Assembly: GCA_041742135.1 (NCBI GenBank)
Contig: JBGSJG010000004.1
Span: 299,773-363,772 of the forward strand
DNA length: 64,000 nt
Source: Patescibacteria group bacterium
GTDB lineage: Bacteria > Patescibacteriota > Microgenomatia > UBA8517
Reading direction: 5' to 3'
Below the pieces are notes generated by a model. The model was not told where the DNA came from. It ran no database searches and saw only the letters and a list, made by a program, of their open reading frames with translations. Positions 38,184 to 46,296 of this stretch are shown in pieces (within the stretch, counting starts at the first letter, position 1; each line of letters starts with the position of its first letter). The position numbers and the translations under genes were made by a program.

Positions 38184-39266
38184 ATGAATAACGGAAATAC
38201 AAAGTTCATTATAGGCGGTGGTATATCGGGACTTATATACGGCTTCTATAATAGAGACTTTCAAATTATTTCACCTGACGTTGGAGGGAAGCTAAAAAAT
38301 AGCTATCTTACTTCTACAATACTTCTGCACGATACTCCAGAAACAAAAAGATTACTTCAAGACTTGAAAATAGTACCAGAACCAAAAGCACAGGTAATGC
38401 GATATTTCTATCAAGATAAGCTTCAAGAAAATATTCCAGCAAATCTAAAAGAGCTTATGGTTGCAAAGAAACTTACCCCTTGGGAAGAATTAAACAAACT
38501 TAATTTTGAATTTAAGATTACCGACACCACTCTTTCAACAGATGATGTATACATACCTATTTTTAAAATTTCTCTCGACAAAGTTATAAAAGCTCTAGCG
38601 AAAGAAGTAAAGATTGTAAAAGATAAAGTGGTAAGAATCACAGAAGACGAAATTATAACCGAAAAAGGACGCTATCGTTATACAGATCTGATTTCTACAA
38701 TACCAGCACCAGTCTTTTGGAAAATATATGGTCGAGAGAAAAATTTGAAGTCTTTACCTGAGACATTCGTATTAGCTAAATCTAATCCAGTAGAAAAAAC
38801 GAATTTGCATTGGGATCTAGTCTATTTCTTGGACAAGAAAATACCATATACACGGGTCAATAGATATTCAAACGATTCTTATTTATATGAGTTCACAGGT
38901 GAATTAAACAAAACTCAAATAAAGAAATTTCTGCCTAAAGCTGAAATTTTAAACGTTTATACTGATCGTTACGGAATTGTAATCACTGATCTTAACAATA
39001 TTCCTCCTCCCAATGTGCGTTTTGTTGGCAGATTTGCGACATGGAATCACACTTGTAAAGTTCAAGATGTTGTTAAAGATTCGATAGCAAGATATGATTT
39101 TCTTTCAATTTGGAATAAACAGAAAGAATTTAATGCCAACTTTTTCGATTTTAATGTACGTGATATCGAACTCCAACAAAAAACTAACCAAGGAGTTCGT
39201 ACTACATATAGAAGACGAAGCCCACGAACTTTTAAGAGAAGTGAATTGGAAAATGGGCCAATATAA
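38184..39266 (+). CDS. FAD-dependent oxidoreductase (N-terminal part of a frameshifted fusion)
   Basis: IIGGGISG dinucleotide-binding motif, LISTIP, PYTRV, VGRFATW (UGM/HemY-like flavoprotein ends). Confidence 0.75.
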   Translation: MNNGNTKFIIGGGISGLIYGFYNRDFQIISPDVGGKLKNSYLTSTILLHDTPETKRLLQDLKIVPEPKAQVMRYFYQDKLQENIPANLKELMVAKKLTPWEELNKLNFEFKITDTTLSTDDVYIPIFKISLDKVIKALAKEVKIVKDKVVRITEDEIITEKGRYRYTDLISTIPAPVFWKIYGREKNLKSLPETFVLAKSNPVEKTNLHWDLVYFLDKKIPYTRVNRYSNDSYLYEFTGELNKTQIKKFLPKAEILNVYTDRYGIVITDLNNIPPPNVRFVGRFATWNHTCKVQDVVKDSIARYDFLSIWNKQKEFNANFFDFNVRDIELQQKTNQGVRTTYRRRSPRTFKRSELENGPI

Positions 39267-39468
39267 ACATATAGAAGTTGATAGGGCAAGGTTATTAGAA
39301 GAGTGGATTGATGTTTTTAAGTATTGGCTTGGATTAGGTAATGTATGGGGATTTACTCTGGAAGATTTTGTAAATGAGTTTTGGAGAAAGTCGTCAATTG
39401 TGGATGAACGTTTTAAACAATATTTCAAAGATAAAAGTAAAAAAGATGATGACAAAAGCAGTGGTTAA
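39094..39468 (+). CDS. All-alpha dUTPase/dCTPase (MazG superfamily) domain, frameshifted from the upstream ORF at A6 39178-39183
   Basis: EDEAHELL.EVNWK, LLEEWIDVFKY, FW.KS.IV..R; first helix (IWNKQKEFN) lies in the upstream frame. Confidence 0.78.
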   Translation: MIFFQFGINRKNLMPTFSILMYVISNSNKKLTKEFVLHIEDEAHELLREVNWKMGQYKHIEVDRARLLEEWIDVFKYWLGLGNVWGFTLEDFVNEFWRKSSIVDERFKQYFKDKSKKDDDKSSG

Positions 39469-39501
39469 TGTTACTATAGTCAATATTAAATTATAATTAA
39501 T

Positions 39502-40431
39502 ATGCCTCATAATCCAAAAGCAAAAATCCATAAAAAACCTGCTGAAGTATTAAAAGGTGAAACTCCTCGATCAGAATTTGCCGACTCTCTTGATTCTGTA
39601 AAAGTTGATTTAATTTATTATCCAGATTCGAAGATTGATCTAACGGCCTACGCTTTTCAAAAAGCAACCTGGATGACCGATCCTTATATTCCCAACAAAG
39701 ACAAAAAGAGAGATAAAGAAATACTTAAAGATTTAAAGATACATGCATTTGAGAAAAAAGGCCTTCCTTTATCTCTGGAGCTTTATGATTTTGTTTTTTC
39801 CGTTTCGGGGATAACCAGACTTGTCACTCACCAGATTGTGCGAAATAGGATAGGCGCAACTTATTCCCAACAGTGTTCGGGAGATAAAGACTGGAGACAT
39901 CATAGGGTTTTGGTTCCAAGAAGTATTTATAAAAACAAAAAGATTTATGAAAAATTTAGATCTCAAGTCCTTGAAAACAAAAAACTATATGCAGACATGT
40001 TAGATACAATGGAAGTTCCAGTATTGGATGCTAGGAGGATTCTTCCTCACTGTCTAGAAACATTTATTTACGTAAAGTTTAATTTAGTTACTTTAGCTAC
40101 TTTTATACCAAAAAGAGATTGTGTGCAGACTCAAGAACCTGAAATGGTAATGGTTGCTAGGAGGATGAGAGAGGCGGTATTGAAGAAATTCCCGAATATT
40201 GAACCCATGCTTAGGAATAAGTGTAAAGATGGTAAGTGCTTCTATACCTTATCCGACAGACAAGTAGGTACATCGATGTTTGTGCCAGATAAGGATCATG
40301 ATTTTGACTATAATAAAAACAACTTCTTTTATGATAAGACAGTCCGTCAAATGGTATATGACTTACCAAAAGTGCCAAATGAATATTATATCGGATCTGA
40401 AAAAGTAACGAAAAAGAACTTTTTGAAATGA
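39502..40431 (+). CDS. Divergent ThyX-like flavin-dependent thymidylate synthase homolog
   Basis: F.VSGITR.VTHQIVRNR...YSQQ.S, DARRILP, R.C...Q.E, C..GKC. Confidence 0.8.
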   Translation: MPHNPKAKIHKKPAEVLKGETPRSEFADSLDSVKVDLIYYPDSKIDLTAYAFQKATWMTDPYIPNKDKKRDKEILKDLKIHAFEKKGLPLSLELYDFVFSVSGITRLVTHQIVRNRIGATYSQQCSGDKDWRHHRVLVPRSIYKNKKIYEKFRSQVLENKKLYADMLDTMEVPVLDARRILPHCLETFIYVKFNLVTLATFIPKRDCVQTQEPEMVMVARRMREAVLKKFPNIEPMLRNKCKDGKCFYTLSDRQVGTSMFVPDKDHDFDYNKNNFFYDKTVRQMVYDLPKVPNEYYIGSEKVTKKNFLK

Positions 40432-40898
40432 CAGAACATGAACAGCGTATAACAATACTGTCATTTGAAGGTCCCGATAAGGTAGGTAAGTCCACCCTTA
40501 TTAGAGAAGTTAATAGAGCAGCCAACTATCGTTTTTTATGTATAGACCGTTTTACTGGTTCAGCCTGGGTCTATGATAAATTGTCTGGAAGAAGAGATAG
40601 AACTGATTCGATCAGTACGGCAGAGGGTGAGCTAAGCAGACTTGAAAATGTTGACGTTTTAAATGTACTACTTTCGTGCGATCCCGAAGTTCTTAGGGAA
40701 AGGATTAGACAAGAAGATGAATACAGTGATGCAAGGTTAGAGCATCTTGATCAGGCGTTAGAGTATTATAGGGAGTATGCCCAAGAGATAGCTAGACTGC
40801 CTATTATCGAGATAGATACAACTGACAAGTCGGTAGAAGATACTGTTCAAGAGATATTATCTAAAGTTGAATCATATGAGCAAAGCGATAATCGATAA
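40428..40898 (+). CDS. P-loop nucleoside monophosphate kinase (TMK/dNMP kinase-like)
   Basis: FEGPDKVGKST, IDRF..S.WVY, L.ERI, IDTT. Confidence 0.82.
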   Translation: MTEHEQRITILSFEGPDKVGKSTLIREVNRAANYRFLCIDRFTGSAWVYDKLSGRRDRTDSISTAEGELSRLENVDVLNVLLSCDPEVLRERIRQEDEYSDARLEHLDQALEYYREYAQEIARLPIIEIDTTDKSVEDTVQEILSKVESYEQSDNR

Positions 40899-41421
40899 AA
40901 TTCAAGAAATAACCGAATCCATAAAAAAAGATGGTAAGGAAGTGAATGGTACGAAAGAATTAAGTGGAGTTGTTATATCAAAACTTGATGTATCAAAAAT
41001 GGACTTGATCAAGGAAGAGAACGCAGTACGAGATTACTACTCAAAGCTTGGTATAAATACACAAGCCATCAGGAGTTTGGAACATAATCTATATGAGTTT
41101 ATTTATAGAGGATTAAGACAAGTGGTAGAACAAACTTTGTACTTCGATAAAATCCAGGACTATACCTCAAGAAGATTTGTTTTTTCTACGACCGATTGTA
41201 TTTCTCATGTGCAGATTCTCTATAGGCCAGGCCAAGCTGAGTTATTTATGTATGTAAGGAGTACTGATGTTGTAAAGCTTTTCCCTTGGGATATGCTTTT
41301 TGCTTGCAAATTACTAAATAGAGTTTTACTGGAATCTGGATTTCCCGAAGCCAAAAAGAGATTTGTTACGATTATGGTGGCTTCAGCCCATTTTTATCTT
41401 AAGCCAGCTGCAATGTACTAA
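40876..41421 (+). CDS. Minimal thymidylate-synthase-fold protein, Asp-type (dCMP hydroxymethylase-like)
   Basis: SRR, DCIS.VQ (catalytic Cys), RSTD, FPWD (Asp at the ThyA PFN Asn), SAHFY. Confidence 0.75.
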   Translation: MSKAIIDKIQEITESIKKDGKEVNGTKELSGVVISKLDVSKMDLIKEENAVRDYYSKLGINTQAIRSLEHNLYEFIYRGLRQVVEQTLYFDKIQDYTSRRFVFSTTDCISHVQILYRPGQAELFMYVRSTDVVKLFPWDMLFACKLLNRVLLESGFPEAKKRFVTIMVASAHFYLKPAAMY

Positions 41422-41423
41422 TA

Positions 41424-42017
41424 ATGAAATATGAACGATTGACTGAGCTGAATACTCAAATTCAAGCAACTTCAAGGTGTGATAATGATACAACTCCTGT
41501 AATAAACGAATTGAGGCCTTCTCAGAGATATCTAATTATCAGTTCAGATCCATCTTCTGATACTGATAAAGACAAAGACGTATTAGATAAACACTCTGGT
41601 TTCGAAGAGAGGGTAATTTCTTTAGTGTTCTTTGGCTCTGATGATGCAGAGAGCTTGGAGCGAGTAAGAGCTGATTATCAAGGATATAAAGACAAATTTT
41701 TAAACAATTTTTATTGGACGCACTACTCCAAATGTTATGCAAAAGGTAATCCTGATAGTTTTTGGGCAGATAAGTTTCTGAAGCAAGAAATAGAGTTGTT
41801 TGAACCAGAATTAATTGTAATATTTGGCAGTAAACCAGCTGATTTCTTATTTGGGAAGGGCAAGCTAAAAGATAGGGTCAATACTGTAATGGAATATGAA
41901 GGTGTCCCCACAATTTGCTCGCTTCATCCTTCTAGAGATTGGAACATGTTTAGGAGAGAGGAATACGAATTTTCTGAAACTTGGGTTTTGATTCGTTCGA
42001 AAATAGATATAGAATAA
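41424..42017 (+). CDS. Uracil-DNA glycosylase superfamily protein
   Basis: LIISSDP, YWTH..KC, FL.QEI.L..P..IV.FG..A, LHPS. Confidence 0.78.
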   Translation: MKYERLTELNTQIQATSRCDNDTTPVINELRPSQRYLIISSDPSSDTDKDKDVLDKHSGFEERVISLVFFGSDDAESLERVRADYQGYKDKFLNNFYWTHYSKCYAKGNPDSFWADKFLKQEIELFEPELIVIFGSKPADFLFGKGKLKDRVNTVMEYEGVPTICSLHPSRDWNMFRREEYEFSETWVLIRSKIDIE

Positions 42018-42021
42018 AATT

Positions 42022-42477
42022 ATGAAACCATTACAAATCACCTCAGTTATTGTGGTATTAAAGTGTCAAGACAATTTTTTGCTAGTCCAAAGAAGTGATA
42101 ATGACGACATTTTTCCAGGTAAGTGGCAGAATATGGGTGGAAAGATTGAGCTTGGAGAAACAGTAGAAAATGCAATAAAAAGAGAAGTTAAAGAAGAAAT
42201 TGGTCTTGAGGTAAAATCTCATCCAATATTTTTACAAAGTTACTCTTGGAAGAAAGATGATGACTCTCCAGTAAGACTTGGGTTAATTTTTTTGATTAAT
42301 TTGGAAGGCAAACAAGATAATTATAAGATTCAGCTTGATGAAGAATTATCTAATTATGCTTGGGTTGATCTAAAAGAAGCTGAAGTAATGAATAAAGACG
42401 ACAAACTGATTGGTAAAGATAGTCCTACAGGCACTTTTGGGCAATTATCTCAAATTAAATTGCTTAATGGAAAATAA
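42022..42477 (+). CDS. Nudix hydrolase
   Basis: LLVQR, PGKW, complete Nudix box GGKIELGETVENAIKREVKEEIGL. Confidence 0.92.
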   Translation: MKPLQITSVIVVLKCQDNFLLVQRSDNDDIFPGKWQNMGGKIELGETVENAIKREVKEEIGLEVKSHPIFLQSYSWKKDDDSPVRLGLIFLINLEGKQDNYKIQLDEELSNYAWVDLKEAEVMNKDDKLIGKDSPTGTFGQLSQIKLLNGK

Positions 42478-42628
42478 AGTTAAAATCAGACTCAGATTGG
42501 TGATTATCAAGGAAGATAAACTTCTTGCATACTACGATTCAATAGATGATTACTATTTTTATATCGGAGGTAAACTTGAGTTTGGTGAGACTATTGAGGA
42601 TGGATGGAAAAGAGAAATAAAAGAAGAG
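42467..42628 (+). pseudogene. Truncated second Nudix hydrolase
   Basis: GGKLEFGETIEDGWKREIKEE, then an abrupt switch to unrelated sequence. Confidence 0.7.
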
Positions 42629-43039
42629 CAAAGATACATCAAAGCCTATGGAGCTGAAATGATTGATTCTGAGCAATTGAAAGAATCTACCGAAGATTTG
42701 AAAAAGCAGAAAAAGTCTATTGAACAACAAATTTTATCAATGCAAAAAGACACTGTTGTTGAGCATTTTGACTATCCAGAAGACAAAGAAATTGAAGAAT
42801 TTTGCAAAATAGCCCATAAGGTTGTTGGTAATATGGGCTTTGAGGCTAAACAGTCAATTGTCCGAAAGGTGGTAGATACGATAGTAGGAACGCAAAACGA
42901 CATAAAAGTATATGGCCATTTACCCTTGAATACGAGTATAATTGCAAATGTATGGAAAGGAGGTATCCAAGATGTCAAGTTCGAAACTAGCAGTCGGAAT
43001 AGTTGGCTTACCAAATGTGGGGAAGTCCACGCTTTTTAA
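42629..43039 (+). pseudogene. C-terminal remnant of a large serine recombinase
   Basis: Coiled-coil RYIKAY..., FEAKQSIVRKVVDTI...IKVYG resembling LSR C-termini; runs through attR into ychF; no catalytic domain. Confidence 0.6.
42968..42999 (+). repeat. attR: element-supplied 5' end of ychF (MSSSKLAVG)
   Basis: Core TAGCAGTCGGAA at 42988-42999; preceded by TATAAT (42937-42942) and AAGGAGGT. Confidence 0.88.
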
Positions 43040-43952
43040 CGCCCTTCTCAAGCGCCAGCAGGCTTATGTGGCGAATTTCCCGTTCGCGACCATCGAGCCT
43101 AATATTGGAGTGGTTCCAGTTCCTGATGCCCGCCTTGCAAAATTGGCCGCAATATATAACGCGCCGATTGTTCCTGCAACAATTGAGTTTGTTGATATCG
43201 CGGGCCTGATTGCTGGAGCTAGTAAAGGTGAGGGTCTGGGCAATAAATTTTTGTCACACATTCGTGAGGTTGATGCTATTTGCCATGTTGTGCGTGTCTT
43301 TAGTGACCCGGACATTATAAAGGAAGGCTCGGTTGACCCGAAGGCCGATTTTGAAACCATCAAGACTGAGCTTGATTTGGCCGACCTAGATACTGTTGAG
43401 CGGCATGAGAAAAAGAAAAATGCCAACGTTGAAGAGCTGCAGCTTTTCTCTAAAAAACCAATCCTTATCGTGTTAAATGTAGACGAAAACGATCTTCGTG
43501 ATGCCAACAAAATTGAGCTTAAATATGCACAAGAGCTTGGCCTTCACGCTTCGGCCGTTATTGCAATTTCTGCACGCGTCGAGTCTGAGCTTTCAAGTCT
43601 TTCTGAAAGCGATCAAGAGGCATATCTGTCGGATTTGGGAGTTACCGATTCGGGCCTTACGCGCTTAATCAAAAAAGCATTTGAGACGTTGGGATTAATT
43701 ACTTTTTTGACTGCTGGAGAGAAAGAAGTTCGTGCGTGGACAATCGATCGGGACATGAGAGCCCAAGACGCGGCGGGAGTGATTCACACTGATTTTATTA
43801 AAAATTTTATAAAAGCTGATGTGTGTAATTTTGATGATTTTGTAGAACTGGGTGGGTGGAAAGCTTGTCGTGAGGTGGGGAAAGTTAGAAGCGAAGGCCG
43901 TGATTACATTATGCAAGATGGCGACGTCGTTGAGTTTAAGATTGGGAATTAA
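42972..43952 (+). CDS. ychF: Ribosome-binding ATPase YchF
   Basis: GIVGLPNVGKSTLFN, NFPFATIEPN, DIAGL, GEGLGNKFL, TGS domain. Confidence 0.97.
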   Translation: MSSSKLAVGIVGLPNVGKSTLFNALLKRQQAYVANFPFATIEPNIGVVPVPDARLAKLAAIYNAPIVPATIEFVDIAGLIAGASKGEGLGNKFLSHIREVDAICHVVRVFSDPDIIKEGSVDPKADFETIKTELDLADLDTVERHEKKKNANVEELQLFSKKPILIVLNVDENDLRDANKIELKYAQELGLHASAVIAISARVESELSSLSESDQEAYLSDLGVTDSGLTRLIKKAFETLGLITFLTAGEKEVRAWTIDRDMRAQDAAGVIHTDFIKNFIKADVCNFDDFVELGGWKACREVGKVRSEGRDYIMQDGDVVEFKIGN

Positions 43953-43972
43953 TATGTTATACTAGCCTCTGT

Positions 43973-44257
43973 ATGAAGTCGTACGAATTAACTATAGTAA
44001 TGCCCGGCAAGACCACTGCGGCAAAAAAGAAAGACCAACTTGAGCGCGTGGAGAAGATTGTGGAGGCAAGCGGCGGCAAGGTAGTCAAGACCGACGAGTG
44101 GGGAGTAAAAGACTTGGCTTATCCAATTAAAAAAGAAGAAGCAGGTCTTTTTATTGGTTTTGAAATAGAACTAACTGCCGCAAGTGTAAAAAGTGTTGCG
44201 GACAAGATCAAAACTGAAGAGAATATAATTAGACATATACTGATTGCAAAAGACTAA
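43973..44257 (+). CDS. rpsF: 30S ribosomal protein S6
   Basis: YEL, WG.K.LAYPIKK, IIRH; rpsF-ssb-rpsR order. Confidence 0.93.
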   Translation: MKSYELTIVMPGKTTAAKKKDQLERVEKIVEASGGKVVKTDEWGVKDLAYPIKKEEAGLFIGFEIELTAASVKSVADKIKTEENIIRHILIAKD

Positions 44258-44258
44258 A

Positions 44259-44732
44259 ATGGCAAGAAGCTTAAACCGAGTACAACTTATTGGCAACCTT
44301 ACACGCGATCCTGAGCTACGCTACACACCTGCTGGAACTGCGGTAACGACTTTTAGCATAGCTACTAACAGGCAATGGAAAACTGAGTCAGGGGAGCAAA
44401 AAGAGGATGCTGAATTTCACAGAATAGTAGCTTGGGACAAGTTGGCTGAGATTTGTTCTCAGTATTGCAAAAAAGGCAAGCAGGTCTATGTAGAAGGCCG
44501 TCTTCAGACCAGAAGTTGGCAGACAAAAGAAGGCGCAGATCGCCAGACTACAGAGATAGTTATTTCCGAGATGATTTTGCTCAGTGGTGGAGATGGTGCT
44601 CGAGTAAGCGACAGTAGTAATGACATTCCAGAAGATTTTGATGAAGCTAAGCCAGCAGCTCCAAAAGCTCAAAAACCTGAAAAGAAAAGCGCAGAAGCAC
44701 CTGAAGAAGAATCTGACGATATTCCATTTTAA
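44259..44732 (+). CDS. ssb: Single-stranded DNA-binding protein
   Basis: NRVQLIGNLTRDPELRYT, VEGRLQTRSW, DDIPF tail. Confidence 0.97.
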   Translation: MARSLNRVQLIGNLTRDPELRYTPAGTAVTTFSIATNRQWKTESGEQKEDAEFHRIVAWDKLAEICSQYCKKGKQVYVEGRLQTRSWQTKEGADRQTTEIVISEMILLSGGDGARVSDSSNDIPEDFDEAKPAAPKAQKPEKKSAEAPEEESDDIPF

Positions 44733-44734
44733 TC

Positions 44735-44974
44735 ATGAAAAAATCAAAAAAGACCAGAAGGACAAATGAAATAAGGCTTGCTGTCCCCAAACAAAAGTTG
44801 GATTTTGAGCCTTCGTACAAGGGATATGAAAAACTTGCGAGGTTTATGAATGACCGCGCAAAAATCTATGGCCGTAAAAAAACTGGTCTTCCAGCGCGTG
44901 ATCAAAGAAAAATCACCCGAGAAATTAAACGTGCTCGAATCCTAGGGCTTCTTCCATATTCTTCAAGAGTCTAG
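44735..44974 (+). CDS. rpsR: 30S ribosomal protein S18
   Basis: KI..R..TG....QR.I...IKRAR..GLLPY. Confidence 0.92.
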   Translation: MKKSKKTRRTNEIRLAVPKQKLDFEPSYKGYEKLARFMNDRAKIYGRKKTGLPARDQRKITREIKRARILGLLPYSSRV

Positions 44975-44988
44975 TAGAATGTTTTGGT

Positions 44989-46281
44989 ATGGAGCAAGAT
45001 AACGCTTACCAAATTACTCCTAGTTCAAAAAAAACGACATACAAAAAGATTCAAAAGATCGCTGCGATTTTAACGGCTCTTTTGATTGTTTTTGCTGTGG
45101 GTTATAAAGTTGGCTCGTCGGGCTACAAGATTGAGCCGAGTGGGTATGTGGTCAGCATAAGCCGAGAAGTCCCCGCCAATAAGAAAAACTTGGATTTTGC
45201 AATGTTTTGGCGAGTGTGGGATACAATCCAAAACAATTATTTTGATAAGTCAAAAATTGATGACAGCCAGCTTGTGTGGGGTGCAATCAAGGGGATGGTG
45301 GCCGCGGTAGGGGATCCCTACACTGTGTTTTTAACTCCAGATGAAAATAGAATTACTCAAGAGGATTTGTCTGGTAATTTTGAGGGAGTTGGAATCCAGA
45401 TTGGGTTTAAAGGGACTCAACTCGCAGTGGTCGCTCCTTTGTTGGGTTCTCCAGCCGAGGAAGCGGGGGTTTTGGCTGGGGACATCATCGCGGGCATTAA
45501 GGATGAAGAGAAAGACGTGGAACGGGGCACAGTGGGTATTACACTGCCAGATGCGGTGGGCTTGATTCGAGGGCCTGCTGGCTCAACAGTAACACTTTCT
45601 CTTCTGCGTGATGGAAGTGACACTCCGATAATCGTAGATCTGACTCGACGGGAGATTAACGTGCCAAGCGTCTCTTTGGAATTTGTTGGCGAAAACCAAA
45701 ACATAGCACATCTTCGAGTCCTAAAATTTGGCGGCGAGACGTACGATGAATGGAATGAAGCGGTTTTGTCAATTTTAACCAAACAGGACTTGCAGGGCGT
45801 GATAGTTGATTTAAGGAATAATCCGGGAGGGTATCTTCAAGGAGCGGTGGATTTGGGTGGGGAGTTTTTGCAAAAAGGTGACGTGGTTGTCTCCGAAGAA
45901 TATGCAGATGGCACACGCGATAATTATTTGGTTGAATCAACGGGCAGGCTGACACGCGATAATGTCGTGGTTTTGATCAACGGCGGCTCAGCTTCAGCTT
46001 CCGAGATTTTAGCTGGAGCTCTCCGAGATAAGCGCAACTTTCCCCTTGTGGGCGAGGTAAGCTTTGGCAAGGGAACGGTTCAAGAAGCCAAACAGCTTGA
46101 AAATGAAGTTGGTCTTCACATTACAGTCGCCAGATGGCTGACTCCAGATGGAATTTGGGTGAATCAGGTAGGTTTGACACCAGATCACATGGTGGAAGAC
46201 GACTCAGAAACTCCAGAAGATGAACAGCTTGCTAAAGCGATTGAAGTATTAAACAATTTCAGCTCGCTCTCAGGAAGATAA
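44989..46281 (+). CDS. S41 C-terminal processing peptidase
   Basis: DPYT, PDZ, DLRNNPGG, SASASEI, GKGTVQ. Confidence 0.93.
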   Translation: MEQDNAYQITPSSKKTTYKKIQKIAAILTALLIVFAVGYKVGSSGYKIEPSGYVVSISREVPANKKNLDFAMFWRVWDTIQNNYFDKSKIDDSQLVWGAIKGMVAAVGDPYTVFLTPDENRITQEDLSGNFEGVGIQIGFKGTQLAVVAPLLGSPAEEAGVLAGDIIAGIKDEEKDVERGTVGITLPDAVGLIRGPAGSTVTLSLLRDGSDTPIIVDLTRREINVPSVSLEFVGENQNIAHLRVLKFGGETYDEWNEAVLSILTKQDLQGVIVDLRNNPGGYLQGAVDLGGEFLQKGDVVVSEEYADGTRDNYLVESTGRLTRDNVVVLINGGSASASEILAGALRDKRNFPLVGEVSFGKGTVQEAKQLENEVGLHITVARWLTPDGIWVNQVGLTPDHMVEDDSETPEDEQLAKAIEVLNNFSSLSGR

Positions 46282-46296
46282 TTAAAAATAGTTCAA

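Larger units (their letters stand above)
37861..42999 (+). mobile_element. Degenerate integrative element/genomic island inserted in the 5' end of ychF
   Basis: Flanking direct repeats, visibly AT-richer than the flanks, recombinase C-terminal remnant at the right end. Confidence 0.85.

Noticed and set aside
37861-42999. Island as a prophage
   Set aside because: No structural, packaging, lysis or replication genes are present; a phage ancestry before the deletion cannot be excluded.
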